From NCBI GenBank assembly GCA_048013815.1, contig CM106585.1, positions 1,674,001 through 1,738,000 of the forward strand: a stretch of DNA of 64,000 nucleotides, given 5' to 3'. Made by a program: the position numbers and the translations under genes. The notes under the pieces are model-generated. The model had not been told where the DNA came from. It saw only the letters and a program-made list of their open reading frames with translations, and did no database searches. The stretch comes from Setoptus koraiensis. Its lineage: Eukaryota > Animalia > Arthropoda. Position 1 is the first letter of the stretch; each line of letters opens with the position of its first letter. Below are positions 25,301 through 38,033 of the stretch, one piece after another.

Positions 25301-28300
25301 CATGGCTGCGTCTGCTGGACTGTGGCCAGACTGTGGCCGCCAGAGAGACACGCTTTTGGAGAGAAATCACGACCGAGCGGCGGTTGTTGTTTGCGCACAA
25401 CAACGGCACCACTTACGCCACCGGCGTGAGCCGGCCAACAGGCGCAACCAGCGCAACAAGCGCAACAAGTGCGACGAGTGCACCGACTGCCAAGACCCGA
25501 GAGCCAGCGCCGCCAACAAACTATTTAGAGCTGCTGTGAGCACCGAGTGGCTGACTCTGTTGTAAATTGCCCGAGCCAATGATTGACACCAGACGGACGG
25601 CTCTCTCGACCATGTGTGCCACTCGACGATGTGCGCCGCTCGACGATCTGTGCCTTACGATGTGCCGGCCGATGTGTGCGCTGGTCTGAGTGCGCCGGTC
25701 TGTGTGAGCCGGTCGACGATGCGGCCGGTCGACGATGTGGACGCTCGACAATGTGAACCGTCGGCGGGCAAGCCTCACGGCGCGTCCGCTGCGGGCCACA
25801 CCGTGCGCAACTCGAGCATCGCAACCTGTTGCCGAACCGAAATTGGGCGCGACTAACGCTCGTCTGCCGGCCGGCCAGTCCCCTGTCAATGTCCGACGGG
25901 CCGCAGACTGGCTGCGAACTGCGAATTGAGCGAACTGAGAGAACCGAGCGAACTGAGCGATTCGAGCGAGCCGAAAGAATCGAGCGAGCCGACCGACGCG
26001 ACCGAGTCCGACGTTCGCTGTGCGCCGAGCCGTCGTCGGCCGGCCGGCCACTGCGAACTGGACACACAAACAGCACAACGTAACAGACAGCGAGGGATGC
26101 AGGTGAGGTAATTTCGTCAATCACTGACACTTGCGAATCGCACACTCTCGAGCGAGCCGAGCGAGAATGTGTTTTAATTGGCTAAATGTTGCTCTTGTCT
26201 CTAGGCTGCTGCCGCTGCTGTCGGCCGGCACCACTGTCCATCGGCACCACTGTCCATCGGCAACACTGTCGGCCGGCGCACTCACTTCGATTGTGGCCCG
26301 AAATCGGCTCCAATCTCCATGGCAACGCACTGAATTCAATTGGCGCTCTATTGCCACCATTTGTGTCCGTTCGGCCGCAATCTCGGCTGTCGCTGTGGCT
26401 GTCGCTGTGCGTCGGCCGCCGCCGGTCGCCGCTGACCATCATGACGCAACAGCGGCGGCTAAGTGCTCATGCACTGTTGACCGCTTGTTGCAGCTTGTTG
26501 CCGGTCGCCGGTTGCTGGCCGCTCGTCGCTGGCCGCTGGTTGCTTGTTGCGCAACGCCGCACCGTCAGCCGCGGCCGGTGCAGAGTGCGCCACAGAGTGC
26601 GCTATAGAGCACACAGTGCGATGTAAACCAACAACAGCAACAACAACACCGACGGCAACAACGACAGCAATGGCAACAACAACACCGACGGCAGCGACAG
26701 CGACGGCAACAACGACAACAACGGCAACAACAACAGCGACGCCAACAACGCCGACAACTGCCGGCCTAAACTGATGAATCATGGCAGCGCGCAACCAATA
26801 ATTAACAACATTGCGTCATTGGTCTACATACTGCACATAGCGAGCGAGTGCGGGCACAGCCACAGTCAGTTAGTCAGTCATTTAGTTGCCTGTTGGTTGC
26901 TTGGGCCATTCAGGCGAGCCACTCAGGTGAGCCGCTCAGGCGAGCTGCTCAGGTGAGCGGCTCGGCGGAGAATCAATTGGGCACAAGTATTGGCGACGAG
27001 AAAATTGTTTTTACTTGTTGGCTCTGTGTTCGCGGCCACTTTTTATCCACTCGGCTGGTCGCTTGTTGGCTGTCGCAACAGGCTGGTCGCAAGTTGCGAC
27101 AGGCGGCCTGACAGTGGCCACTCGCCACTGTCAGCCGGCCACTTTTGGCCCATTGTGGCCACTTTGGCCACTGCCAGGCGACCATGACAGCGAGCGCTGC
27201 GGCATCGATCATATCACACACACACAACGGACATTTATTATTATCGTCGTGTCAGCTTGACGCGAATTCGCAGCAGCAGCAACAGCAGCAACAACAACAG
27301 CAGCGGCCGGCCCGATTGGCCGTGCTGCGGCCCGAGTGCGCTGTCCGCTCGCAACGCCGACCGCTCCGAACGCCGACCGCTCCGAACGCCGACCGCTCGC
27401 AACGCTGACCGCTCGCAACGCTGACCGCTGGTCAGTTTGACAGTGTCAGTGTTGGAATCTAAATAAAAGTGGGCGTCGTTTGTTTGTTTGTTTGCTTGTG
27501 GCCTGCACAACACACAAGACAGTCTTGTGACAGGAGACGCCGTTGTCAGCTGACTGGCCAACTGCGAGCGCATTGTTCCAACACACACACGATATAAATC
27601 ATATCCATCCGTCGTGTAAACACTGACTGCTCGACTTGACCGCTCCATCGATTTGCCTAGACGCTGACAATTTCAATTTCAGGCACTTACATAATGTGCG
27701 CGTATCGTCATCGTCATGGTCGGGCAAGGGTTGTGTTACGCAATACACACACACAACTATTCGCCAATTGTTTGGCTGCTGTTGATTTGGCCAAACAACG
27801 AGACGATTGTTGAATGTTGTTGAACACTGAAAAGTGTGGCTTGGGTGAGCCGTGGCCGCCAATCTGTTCAACAATGTCATGCGATAACTAGCTAATATGA
27901 TAATAATAGACTAACAACTGACTAGGCCGGCCAGCGCTAGCGCCGTCTAGCGTTGGATAGAGTTCGCGCAACGCGCCCAGCACAAGTCAGGGCCGATGTT
28001 TGTCGTGTGCCACTAATTCATTAGTTAGTTGCAATTATAATGGTTGCGCAACCAGTGACAAATAGTGGCCACTAAGCACGCTTAGCTTGCCCCAGCCTCG
28101 TTGCGTCATCATCAAGTGGTCATTGTTGTTTGCCATCACACACACACACACACTGGTCATCGTTTGAGTGGCCGCAGCGCTGTCCATGGTTCTGGCCACA
28201 GTGCCGGCCATAGTGCTGACCATGGTGCTGGCTGCGTGGCTAGTTGGCTGGTTGGCGCAATCATCTTTTAGTGCCAACCGGCCAACTGGCCAACCGGCCA

Positions 28301-31300
28301 ACCGGCCAACTGTCCAACTGGCCGCTCGGTCGGCCGGCCAACAAACTGGCGACACTTGGCCAGGTGAGCTGTGCCCGCACTGGCCAAAGCGGCCGAAGCG
28401 ACCGGCGACAGGCGACAGGTGCAGCCGGAGGAGCCCAGTGGCTCGAGCGCCGCCAGTGGCTCGAGCGCCGCCAGTGGCTTGTGTGCATCACAAATTATTA
28501 TTTTTATCAGGCGACTTTTATCTGACGTAAGTGTCCAGTTGAGAGCGAGCTTGACGCACTCGGCGCGCCGGACAGTCTCAGAGAGAGCAAACGAGAGATA
28601 CTAAAAGAGAGAGACGCCAAGAGACGCCGAGCGACGCAGAGCGAGAATAAAGGCGAAGGAAAGAAAAGGTCGAATAAAGAAGAATCATGCCGGCGTAATG
28701 ATGATGATGATAATAATTCTGGGCCAGCTATTTCTTTGTCATGTTGACTGTTGGCCGCGAGTTGCCATAATAATAATGACTTTAGCGCGCCACCGCGCCG
28801 ACTATCAACAAATTTTGCCAATTTCCAAATTGTCAGATTTAGAAATGAATTTGAATTGAAGCCTGCAGACAAAAATTATCGTCGCAACGAGACCCTCGGC
28901 CATCTGATGGCTGCCTGTTGGCCTGACGCCTCTTGCGGCCATTAACAAATTCTAATAACTTTAGCTGAGCAACTGGGCAGCTTCAGCACTCAATTCAACT
29001 GATGATATTCTAATAACTGTGGCTATATATTTTGATATAAGACACTGCGCACACTGCAAACGCAACACGAACACATGACAAGAGCCAACGCGAACGCATT
29101 TGCATCCTCACCTGTGCGCCCGACCACTGGGCGAGTTACGCAACAGCCACTGGCCGATGGCGCAACAGCCACTGGCCGATAGTGCTGCAACAGCTTATGT
29201 GCAGGTCTGGCCAGAGCGAGCCAGCGACCAGATACAGCCACCGGTGAGTGGTCAGTGGTCAGTGGCACATATCTAATAGACGAAAGGTGAGGGATATGAA
29301 GAATTGTTATAAAGAGAGAATATAATAAATTGAATATACCGACGTTAAGAGCTCAGCGCTGCCGATGTGGAGAACAAGTGCACCATTAGCATTATTACGT
29401 GATATTGATTTACTTCTCTGTGTCCATCTCTTGGCTCTTTGGCTCTCTCTGGCCGGTTGGCTCTCTCGGGCTGGTTGGCTCTCGCGCTGTTTGGCAGCAT
29501 CTCTTGCGTCAGTGTCTGTGGCTACCGTCATTTCCATTATTGGTTAGTCTAGTTTGGCCATTAGCAGCAGCGCCAGCATACGGCCAACTAATGATAGAAT
29601 GACTTCTTCGTTGCTTGTCAATCAAACAATATACGCCAAGAATATGTTCGAACACACTGCACACTGTCTGAGAGAACGACTGCAGCGATATCGCCGCCAT
29701 ACCAGCCGACTAACAACAGCAACAACGGCAGCAACAACAACAACGAAACAACCAACAAACAACACAAACTAACCAACTCTGAGAGCTGCAGCCGCTGTTG
29801 TTGCTGTTGCTGTTGGTGAATTTAAATGTAAATTTAAACTTATGTTGTGTCATGTAACAACAACATTTGTTGCTGTTAGCCATTGACCATTATTGTTGCA
29901 TCATTGCTCAGTTGTGGTGCAAATTAATTCATTTACTCCTACTGGCGACGCTCATGCATGCGCTCGCTCGATACACGCGTATAGGGGAGCCACGGAGGAG
30001 CCAGAGAACAGGCAGAGAACAGGCCGAGAACAGGCCGAGAAGGGGCAGAGAGCGGGCAGAGACAGAGTGACATTGGCACCCACAACTCTCATCCGACAAG
30101 TGCTACTTCTTTTGCGTGCCCATTATGCTCATTATTCTAATGAGCTACGTCAGCTACTCCCCTAAACGAGCTAACCATTCAATTGAGAGATTGAATAAAC
30201 GAGTCGCACAAAGAATGCGAGGCGAACGAAAGAAGATTAACAGTCGGCAAAGTATCGCTAATTTATACCGAGATGCCTGCTTAAATTGATTGCCGTTGAT
30301 TGGTTGTTGCTTTGTTGTTGTTCCGACAGCAACAGCGACGACACCAACAACAACGACAACACCAACAACAACAACGGCAACCACATTGTGCCCATCAACG
30401 ACAAGCCACCAAATGCAACAGCAACATGCGACACACACAAGCGAGCAAAATTAGCCAACGCGGTAGTTGCTGTTGTTGTTGTTGTTGTTGAGATACAATT
30501 TCAATTTCAATTCACAGACACACAGCAGAGATTTGTATTGTTGCAACAGGTGCATACGATGCAAATTAGCATGCTGTCGCATGCGATTGTCGGCGCGCTT
30601 GCCGGCTCACAATCTAGCCTGCTCAATCTAGCCAGAGTGAATGCGAAAAAGTGATAAGAAAGTGTCAATGGTTGCGCTGTCGTCATCACTGGCCAATAGC
30701 TAATCAACTAACACAATGGTGCCCACAAGCCAGCCGACGGTCAACAACAAACTCACACAAAATAGCGATTAGTGGACACTGGCAGCGAACTCTTTTCAAT
30801 TAGTCGCCAACTTTGTCCGCCGGCCGGCCGGCCCGACTGTCGCTGTGGTTGCCGCCGTTGTTGCCGCTGTCGCTGTTGTTGCCGCTGTCGCCGTTGTGAC
30901 AGTCGGGACTCGACTTTGCTCTTGCGGGCCGACTCACGGGCCGACTCACGGGCCGGCTAACAGGCCGACGGTGATATATCCGCTGTGGCGGGCAATTGAA
31001 TGGAGCGAGCAACAAGGGACAGTTAAACAATATTATCTTCATTTAATGCGCGCTGGCTTCTGGATAATTGTGGCCAGCGCTGGCCCATGCGAGCGCGATT
31101 GAGCCATTAGGTTTTTCTATTGCCTCCAGTCAATTGGTAATTCACCACTAAAAGTTGTTAATGAGTTTTTTGTCTCTCTCTAATAGAGAGTCTCTAATAG
31201 AGAGAGTTTGGCTGGCCTGTCTAGCCACCAATTTACCTGTGCTGCTGCTGCTCGCTGCACTGTGCCGGTGATTCTAAATCGGCTCTCTGGTGGCTGTGTA

Positions 31301-33942
31301 AGGCAACTGGATATTGCACGACCAGTTGCTGGCTGAATCACAGCGCACAAGACAGTTTGTGAGCAGAGTTTGATTGCGACCAGCTTATCACTCTTGTCAG
31401 TCGCACATATAGTCTCAAATATATATTATTATATAATTGTTCGCCGATTGGTTAGTTAGTGTCGAACAAGCTTGCGTTGCCAGTGCCAACAATATTGTGT
31501 ATGGCACCATAAACAAATTCTCGTAAGCCACAAATGGCACTGCTGTGGTTGTTGCTGTTGCTGTTGCTGTTGCTCTGGCTGTTGCTGTTGCTCTGGCTGT
31601 TGCTGTTGCTCTGGCTGTTGCTGTTCTGTGCACTTGCTGCTACCTGTTGTACCTGGCAACGGCTACAAACAACACAAAGCCGACGCAACGACGACCAAAG
31701 TTCTCGTTCGCTGGTTCGTTCTTCTCACTCCGTTCGCTTGCTCTTGTGCAATTTTGCGCAATAAACTGCGAATAGGCACCTGTCGTTGGCACACACAAAC
31801 ATCGAGTATAGGTGAGCTAACTTGCGCTCGTATGCCCACTGCAGACACAGCCGCCAAGAGCTTGCCAGTGTTGCTCGGCGTTTGCCGGCTCGCGAGTTGC
31901 GAGTTGCGAATGGAGAGTCGATAAAGGAGAGTCGATAAAGGAGAGCCGAGAGGCGGCCATTTGATACTGAATTGAAGCGGCTAACAAATAGATATTAAAC
32001 ACACATGTGTCTATAAAAATAATAATAATCATCAAGTCGTAATTATCATCGTGTATTATTATTATTATCATTATTATTAGTCGTTGTTATCATTATTTTA
32101 CAACAATAATCACGGGATAAGTTTTGTTTTATTTCGCTGGCTCGTTCGCCTGCTCGCCTCGGTCTCCTCAGTAGCCCCGACGTTGGTTTGGCCGGCAGTG
32201 TTGCCGCGCGGCTCTCGACGCGGCTCTCGATGCGGCTCTCGATGCGGCTCCCGATGCGGCTCTCGATGCGGCTCTCAGACTATCAAGGCGACTCGCGACT
32301 GGCGCATCGTCTGCTCGGTGCCGAGCTCCGCTGACGCTCGCCGAGAGTCGGGTGACCGCAGCGCACTCCAGTTGCCAGTTGCGTCTGGCCAGCGACCGGA
32401 GCGGAGAACAGGTGAAAAAGAAGAGTCGCCAACAGAGAGCGAAGCAAACAAATGACGGCGCTCAATTGGCACAATTGGGCCGCTGCCGAGTATTGCGCGC
32501 GCCGGCGCGCGCTCACAAACGAAGATTAATCTTTGTGATTTCGCTCGTTGGCTTTTGGATTTTGGTGCATGACGCAACCGCCGGCCGCTCGTCCGTCGCA
32601 ACAGCAACAGCAACAGCAACCACAGCAACGGCAACAACCACAGCGACGGCAACAGCGACGGCAACAGCGACGGCATGCAGACCGGCGACCAGATCGTGAC
32701 CGTAGCGATCGCAGATAAGGGGCGATCGTGTCGGCAAAGTCCGTTAAACAATATTTAGATCAGCTGAGTGTCTTGCGCACAAGCCAACAATAGCTCGTGC
32801 CAGTGCCAGCGATGTGCGCTATTGGTCGATATGGCTGGTGCGATATGGCCTCACTTGGCGAATCATGATGATACGCCAAGTGAGTCATGCCGAGTTATAG
32901 CTGTTGCATAACATTAGAGAGTTAGTGTTAGATGGCCGCTTGATAAATGGCGACGGCGGCGGCGCATGATAAATGGCCGCTCGGCAAATATCAGGCCGAA
33001 TCAGCTGAGATTTGCTGGGCCTAATGCTGTGATTTGGCTGGCCCAGCCGAATCTCAGCTGTGATTTTGGCCGGCGCTTGCTCTCGGCGAATGCTGTGTGA
33101 TTTGCTGGATAACAATCGCATAGACAGTTGGGCAGCAATGGAGCGCAAGCGCATCCTTGCCAACAATTAAACCGGATCAATATTGCCGGGCCGGCCCAAT
33201 TGCGTCATTGGTTGTTGTTGCTGTTGTTGTCGTCGTCGTTGTTTTGGCTGCTTCGCTGAACCAAATTAAGCCACTCAAGCGAACCGAGCCGCGTCAAAGC
33301 GAGCCAAAGCGCCTGTCGGCAGAGCGCGCAAATTGTGTGAACATAGCTGCCAGTTATTGCAAGCTTGCGCCCGATTTAAGTGGCTTGATTTTACAGGGAC
33401 ACAATCCGGGGTTAGTTAGCATGATGCGCCAATTGCCGATTGCGCAATGGGACCCGATAACGAGATGATGCGCTTGATGACGAGCCGTCTCTCTCTCTCA
33501 CTCTGCAGCTCGCTCTGTGGGCAATGGGCGCCGTTGCGACTCGCACTCGCAAACAGTCTAGTTATGGCAACAACAATGGATATTAAACTGATTATATAAC
33601 TCGAGTCGGACCTGGAGCAAGCAGGAAACTAACTTGTTGTTGTTGTTGCTGTTGTTGTTGCTGTTGCCGTTCTAAAAACTCAACTCTAGATTTACAAGTC
33701 TATCTAGTCTATGCCACATTATGTAATCGCTGGCTGTTTGTCTGATCGTCTGTTTGCTATTTGTTGCTTGCTGTTCATGTTTGTGGTGTGCTGTTGTGTG
33801 TGCCAACAACAACGACCGTTGAGACGGGCAAACACTTAGGAGACACACACATCGGATTAGCCATCATCATCATGCTATCCGGCCTCTATTTGCTGTTGTT
33901 GTTTCTGCGCCGGCTGTCGCTGTTGCTGCCGTCGTTGAGCCC

Positions 33943-33997
33943 TAGTCAGATAGTCAGATAGTCAGATAGTCAGATAGTCAGATAGTCAGACAGTCAG
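33943..33997. repeat. (TAGTCAGA)n 8-bp tandem repeat
   Basis: About six consecutive TAGTCAGA units. Confidence 0.85.
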
Positions 33998-34700
33998 TTA
34001 GTTAGGTAGTCGCCGCAACAGCAACAACGACATCCAACGCAACAGTGCAACGGCGCCAACAGAAGCCGGCCGATGAGAAGCCCGAGACGAAGCCCGAATG
34101 GAAGCCATGCGAGGGGCTTATACACGATTAAATGATTTATGCTGGCGTCATGACTTGGCCATCGGACAACAACCAACAAACAACCGACATTCGCTCGCTT
34201 AGTTTGCCCTCTCACTCGCACACCACACTAAATTGGGTCCAATCAATGAGCTGTCGCCAACACTGTCAGCCTGCCTCTATGGCCGGTTGTGTCCGGTTGT
34301 GTCCGGTTGTGTCCAGTGCTGGCCAGTTGTGTCCAGTGCTGGCCAGTTGCGGCCAGTTGTGGCGAGCAGTTGCAACAAACTGGACAAACAGCGCCAAGCT
34401 GCAACAGGACAAACTGATGTTACATGTCATTGAATTGTCCAGCCATGCAGTGGTTGCAGCCAGTTATCCGTTCGTCTATTTATCTATTAATCTATTTATC
34501 TGTCTTATCCATTTGGCTGCCTTGCAAGTTAGTTTGGCCATTGCATCGCTATCTATTCACTTACTTTGTATGCATAACTAGAGCTAAATATCGTTAATCG
34601 ACTAGACGGTGTGTGTGTGTGTGTTGGCCAATAAAGTTGTGCAAAGACGCAAGCATGCGATGACAAGCAGCCAATATCAGAGATAAGAGTCACTTACATG

Positions 34701-36830
34701 TTACGTAAGCTATGAGTGATGAACTGGCTAAATTGTGTGAAGTAGCGAACGCATAAACGGGAGCATCATCAATCTTAATCATGTCATCGATGCCATCTAT
34801 CATCATTACAACAGCAACAGCGTCACATGAGCGTTGTCGTTGTTGTGGTTGCTGTTGCTGATGTTGTTGTACATGTACATGTTGCATGATACTCGAATTG
34901 CATCATTGCAACTACTACCATTATTACATCATCACATGATGCTGGTAATGCACACTTTATATCTACGCCACAAACCGCTGGCTTGAATGTCTCACACAAA
35001 GGTGTTACACCAACTATTAGTTATGTAATCTTTATCATCATCATCATCATTATTATGTAATGTGTAATGTGTGCTATACACATTACACATTACATAATGA
35101 TGAAGAATTGGAATAATTACGCTCGCATCGCGGCCATAAATGGCTGACCTAAGGTAACTAACTTAAGGCTTGTGGCGGCTACTTGTGTTACCAGTGCCAC
35201 TCATCAATCACATGCCATGCGCACTAAATGTTTGTGTCACTTTAGTATCATAGGTCAGTAGTTATAACTTATATTGATATGTATGCATTACGCAACAATT
35301 TGTATGTTCAGTGTCAACTAACTGTATGTGTCATACACTCTGTGATACTGTGAAACTGTCAGTGATACTGTCAGTGATACTGTCAGTGATACTGTCATTG
35401 ATACTGTCATCAATTCAATTGTCGCTGTCAATTGACCGCCGGCCACTTTGGCCAACAACGACCCAACGGCTGACAGTTGAGCCGTTGTTGTGTGAGTCAA
35501 AGTGTAAATTGTTTGGCAAGCTAAAGTGTCAGCGGAGCAACAAAGAGCCGCCAGGCCAAGAGCACCCACCAACGATCAAATGCAGCCAAATGCACAATCG
35601 ACCGACCGACCCAACATCATGTAACCGAGCCAAAAAATGACCGCTGGTAGCCGGTAACACAACAGCATACATAAGAGCAGTAGTTACAACGCAACAGCAG
35701 TGGTTACATAACAGACTCATGACAGTGCCTCACTGGCGGTTGATGTTGCTGCCTAGACACAAAACATGTATGTGTACACAATATTAAATAGAGCAGCCAT
35801 CACAATGAGTCGCTCATTTCAGCATAACATGGCGGCCTTTTGCATCTTCGGGCAGCCCCCGAATGAAATGGTCAGTTCGCAATGGCCGGCAACTGTTATG
35901 TAACTGGCCATCACATGGCTACTTACGCAACAGTTGCTGCAATGAATAGCCGGCATTCATGAGCTGTTAACAAGGCTGCACATGCGGCCAGTCGGAGCAG
36001 CAACCTTCGAGCCACTATACACTGTGCACTGTCAGCATGCGCATGAGCCAACACTTTTTTCGAAACTATTCATAGTATCGCGTGTGCTCATGTTACCCAA
36101 CCTTACCTAATGTTACGCAATGTTACGTAATGTTACGTAATGTTACGTAAGTGGTAAATTGGTTTTGAATTTGCTTACTGATTCACTGCACACAAGCGAG
36201 CCTCTTGTAGCTTCTTCCTGTTGCGTGATTGGCTGGCTAGTGGCAGCACAAATTGTGCTTGTGTGTGTGCGTATATAGAAACTGCTGGCACACAAGCTGG
36301 CCAAAGATGAGAATTGTTGTTGTTGTTTGTTTTGTGGCTCGTGTGTTCGTGTTGCCGGCACAGTTGCCCCTCAATCACGACAGTGCTCACATTGAGACAG
36401 TGCTCACTATATAGTCTGGCCACTATAGGCACTATGCAAGGCTTGATTACGTAATGAGACAGGCCTATAACTCACACAAGAGTCTTGTCAGTTCTCGTTG
36501 GCTGTGAGCAGCCGATCGGCCAATCAATACTCACCGTTTCACTATATTGACCATCGTTATAGGCCAACAATCTGTGCAGTGTGTGTCATTTAGTGGGCTC
36601 ATTTAGTGGGCTCATTCAGTGGGCTCATTCGGTGAACTGAATGATTCTTTTAGTGAGCGAGTGAGCGAGTGAGCGAGAAAAACATTCGTACAACATATAT
36701 CAGATATATAAACGAGTCGCAAATTGGTCGCAATCCAAGTGCCAAAGGCGTGAGATTGGATAATTTGCTGGCAGCTTGTGTTTGCACTTGTCGTTGTTTG
36801 CGGGTGTGTGACATCTCTCATGTTATGTAA
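34701..36830. promoter_or_regulatory. Homotypic cluster of PAR-bZIP/Vrille (TTAYRTAA) and C/EBP-like (TTACGCAA) sites; candidate intronic enhancer
   Basis: 11 exact TTAYRTAA and 3 TTACGCAA in 2.1 kb, including three TGTTACGTAA units at 10-bp period (36121-36150). Confidence 0.55.
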
Positions 36831-36975
36831 CTCTCATGTCATATGACTCGCAACGAATAAGTTGCGCAATCATCTTTGCGATCTGCCCCCGGCAGCAAAT
36901 CTACGGCCCACGAATGCAGCCAGAGAAGCTTGTGTGTCGTTTATATTGGCCGTTGGTCGGTCGGTTGGTTCATCG

Positions 36976-37067
36976 GTTCGTTCGTCGTTCGTCGTTCGTC
37001 GTTCGTCGTTCGTCGTTCGTTCGTCGTTCGTCGTTCGTCGTTCGTCGTTCGTTCGTCGTTCGTTCGT
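36976..37067. repeat. (GTTCGTC/GTTC)n mixed microsatellite
   Basis: Tandem GTTCGTC and GTTC units. Confidence 0.9.
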
Positions 37068-37420
37068 TTATCGTTGCTCCTATTTTGCCACTTTTATCCA
37101 CTTTGACTCGTCGTGCGCTCGACTGTGATTCGCACAGGAGCTGCCAACAGTGAGAAGCCGCTGCCGAGCTAACCGACACAGGCGAGCATCCCGTAAGTGC
37201 AAGACAAAACCGAACGCCAGTGTCACAATGCTCGCTTTGTCACCGACGCCAGCCAACAAGCGAGCGAGCGAACGCGCAGTGACGCAACAACTCAATTAAC
37301 ATAGACAGACACTCACTGTGCCACCAGACAAACACAACCAACGACGCAACACAAGCAACGTCTCAATCTGAGTGTGTGTGTGTGTGTGTGTCGTACTCCA
37401 TCAGTGTGTGTGTGTGTGTG

Positions 37421-38033
37421 TGTGGGAATCTCGTCGCATCATCATCGTCATACTCTCATGGCTCATCGAGCGACGCTACACGGCAGACACAGCGAGCAGT
37501 TAGAGCGAGTTGCGTCAGTTAGTGAGTGTTGCAGCGGAATGGAGTCTCGTCTGGTCGAATCCAATCGAATTGAATCGAATCCGATCGAATCAAATCAATT
37601 CCAGCCGAACTGAACTGAACAGAGCCGAGCTCAGTCCGATCCGATTCAATTTGATCAGTTTCTTATCAGGCCAAAGAATCGACAGACGAGAGAGAATTTA
37701 CGAGCGACAGCGACGAACGTTCGAGCAAGGGCGCAGCATGTTCGCTGCGTCATGATGCAACACACCGCTGCAACACACTGCTGCAACAACAACAACGACA
37801 ACAGCAACAACAACAGCAACAACAACAGCGACAGCAACAACAGCGACAGCAACAACAGCGACAGCAACAACAGCGGTGCAGAAAAGTAGTGCAGAGGCTC
37901 AGCTGATCGGCTGGTCAGTCGGCCGCCGGTGGCCAGAACGCGCACACTCGCTGCGAGTGACTCGCAACAACTCGCCGGCGCGCCACCTTGACATGTGACA
38001 CACGACTTGTTGCTTGTGAGAAAAGTTCCCACG
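37421..38033. promoter_or_regulatory. Cluster of Su(H)/CSL consensus sites (YGTGRGAA)
   Basis: TGTGGGAA 37421-37428, TGTGAGAA 38015-38022, and TTCCCACG 38026-38033 (CGTGGGAA on the minus strand). Confidence 0.4.
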
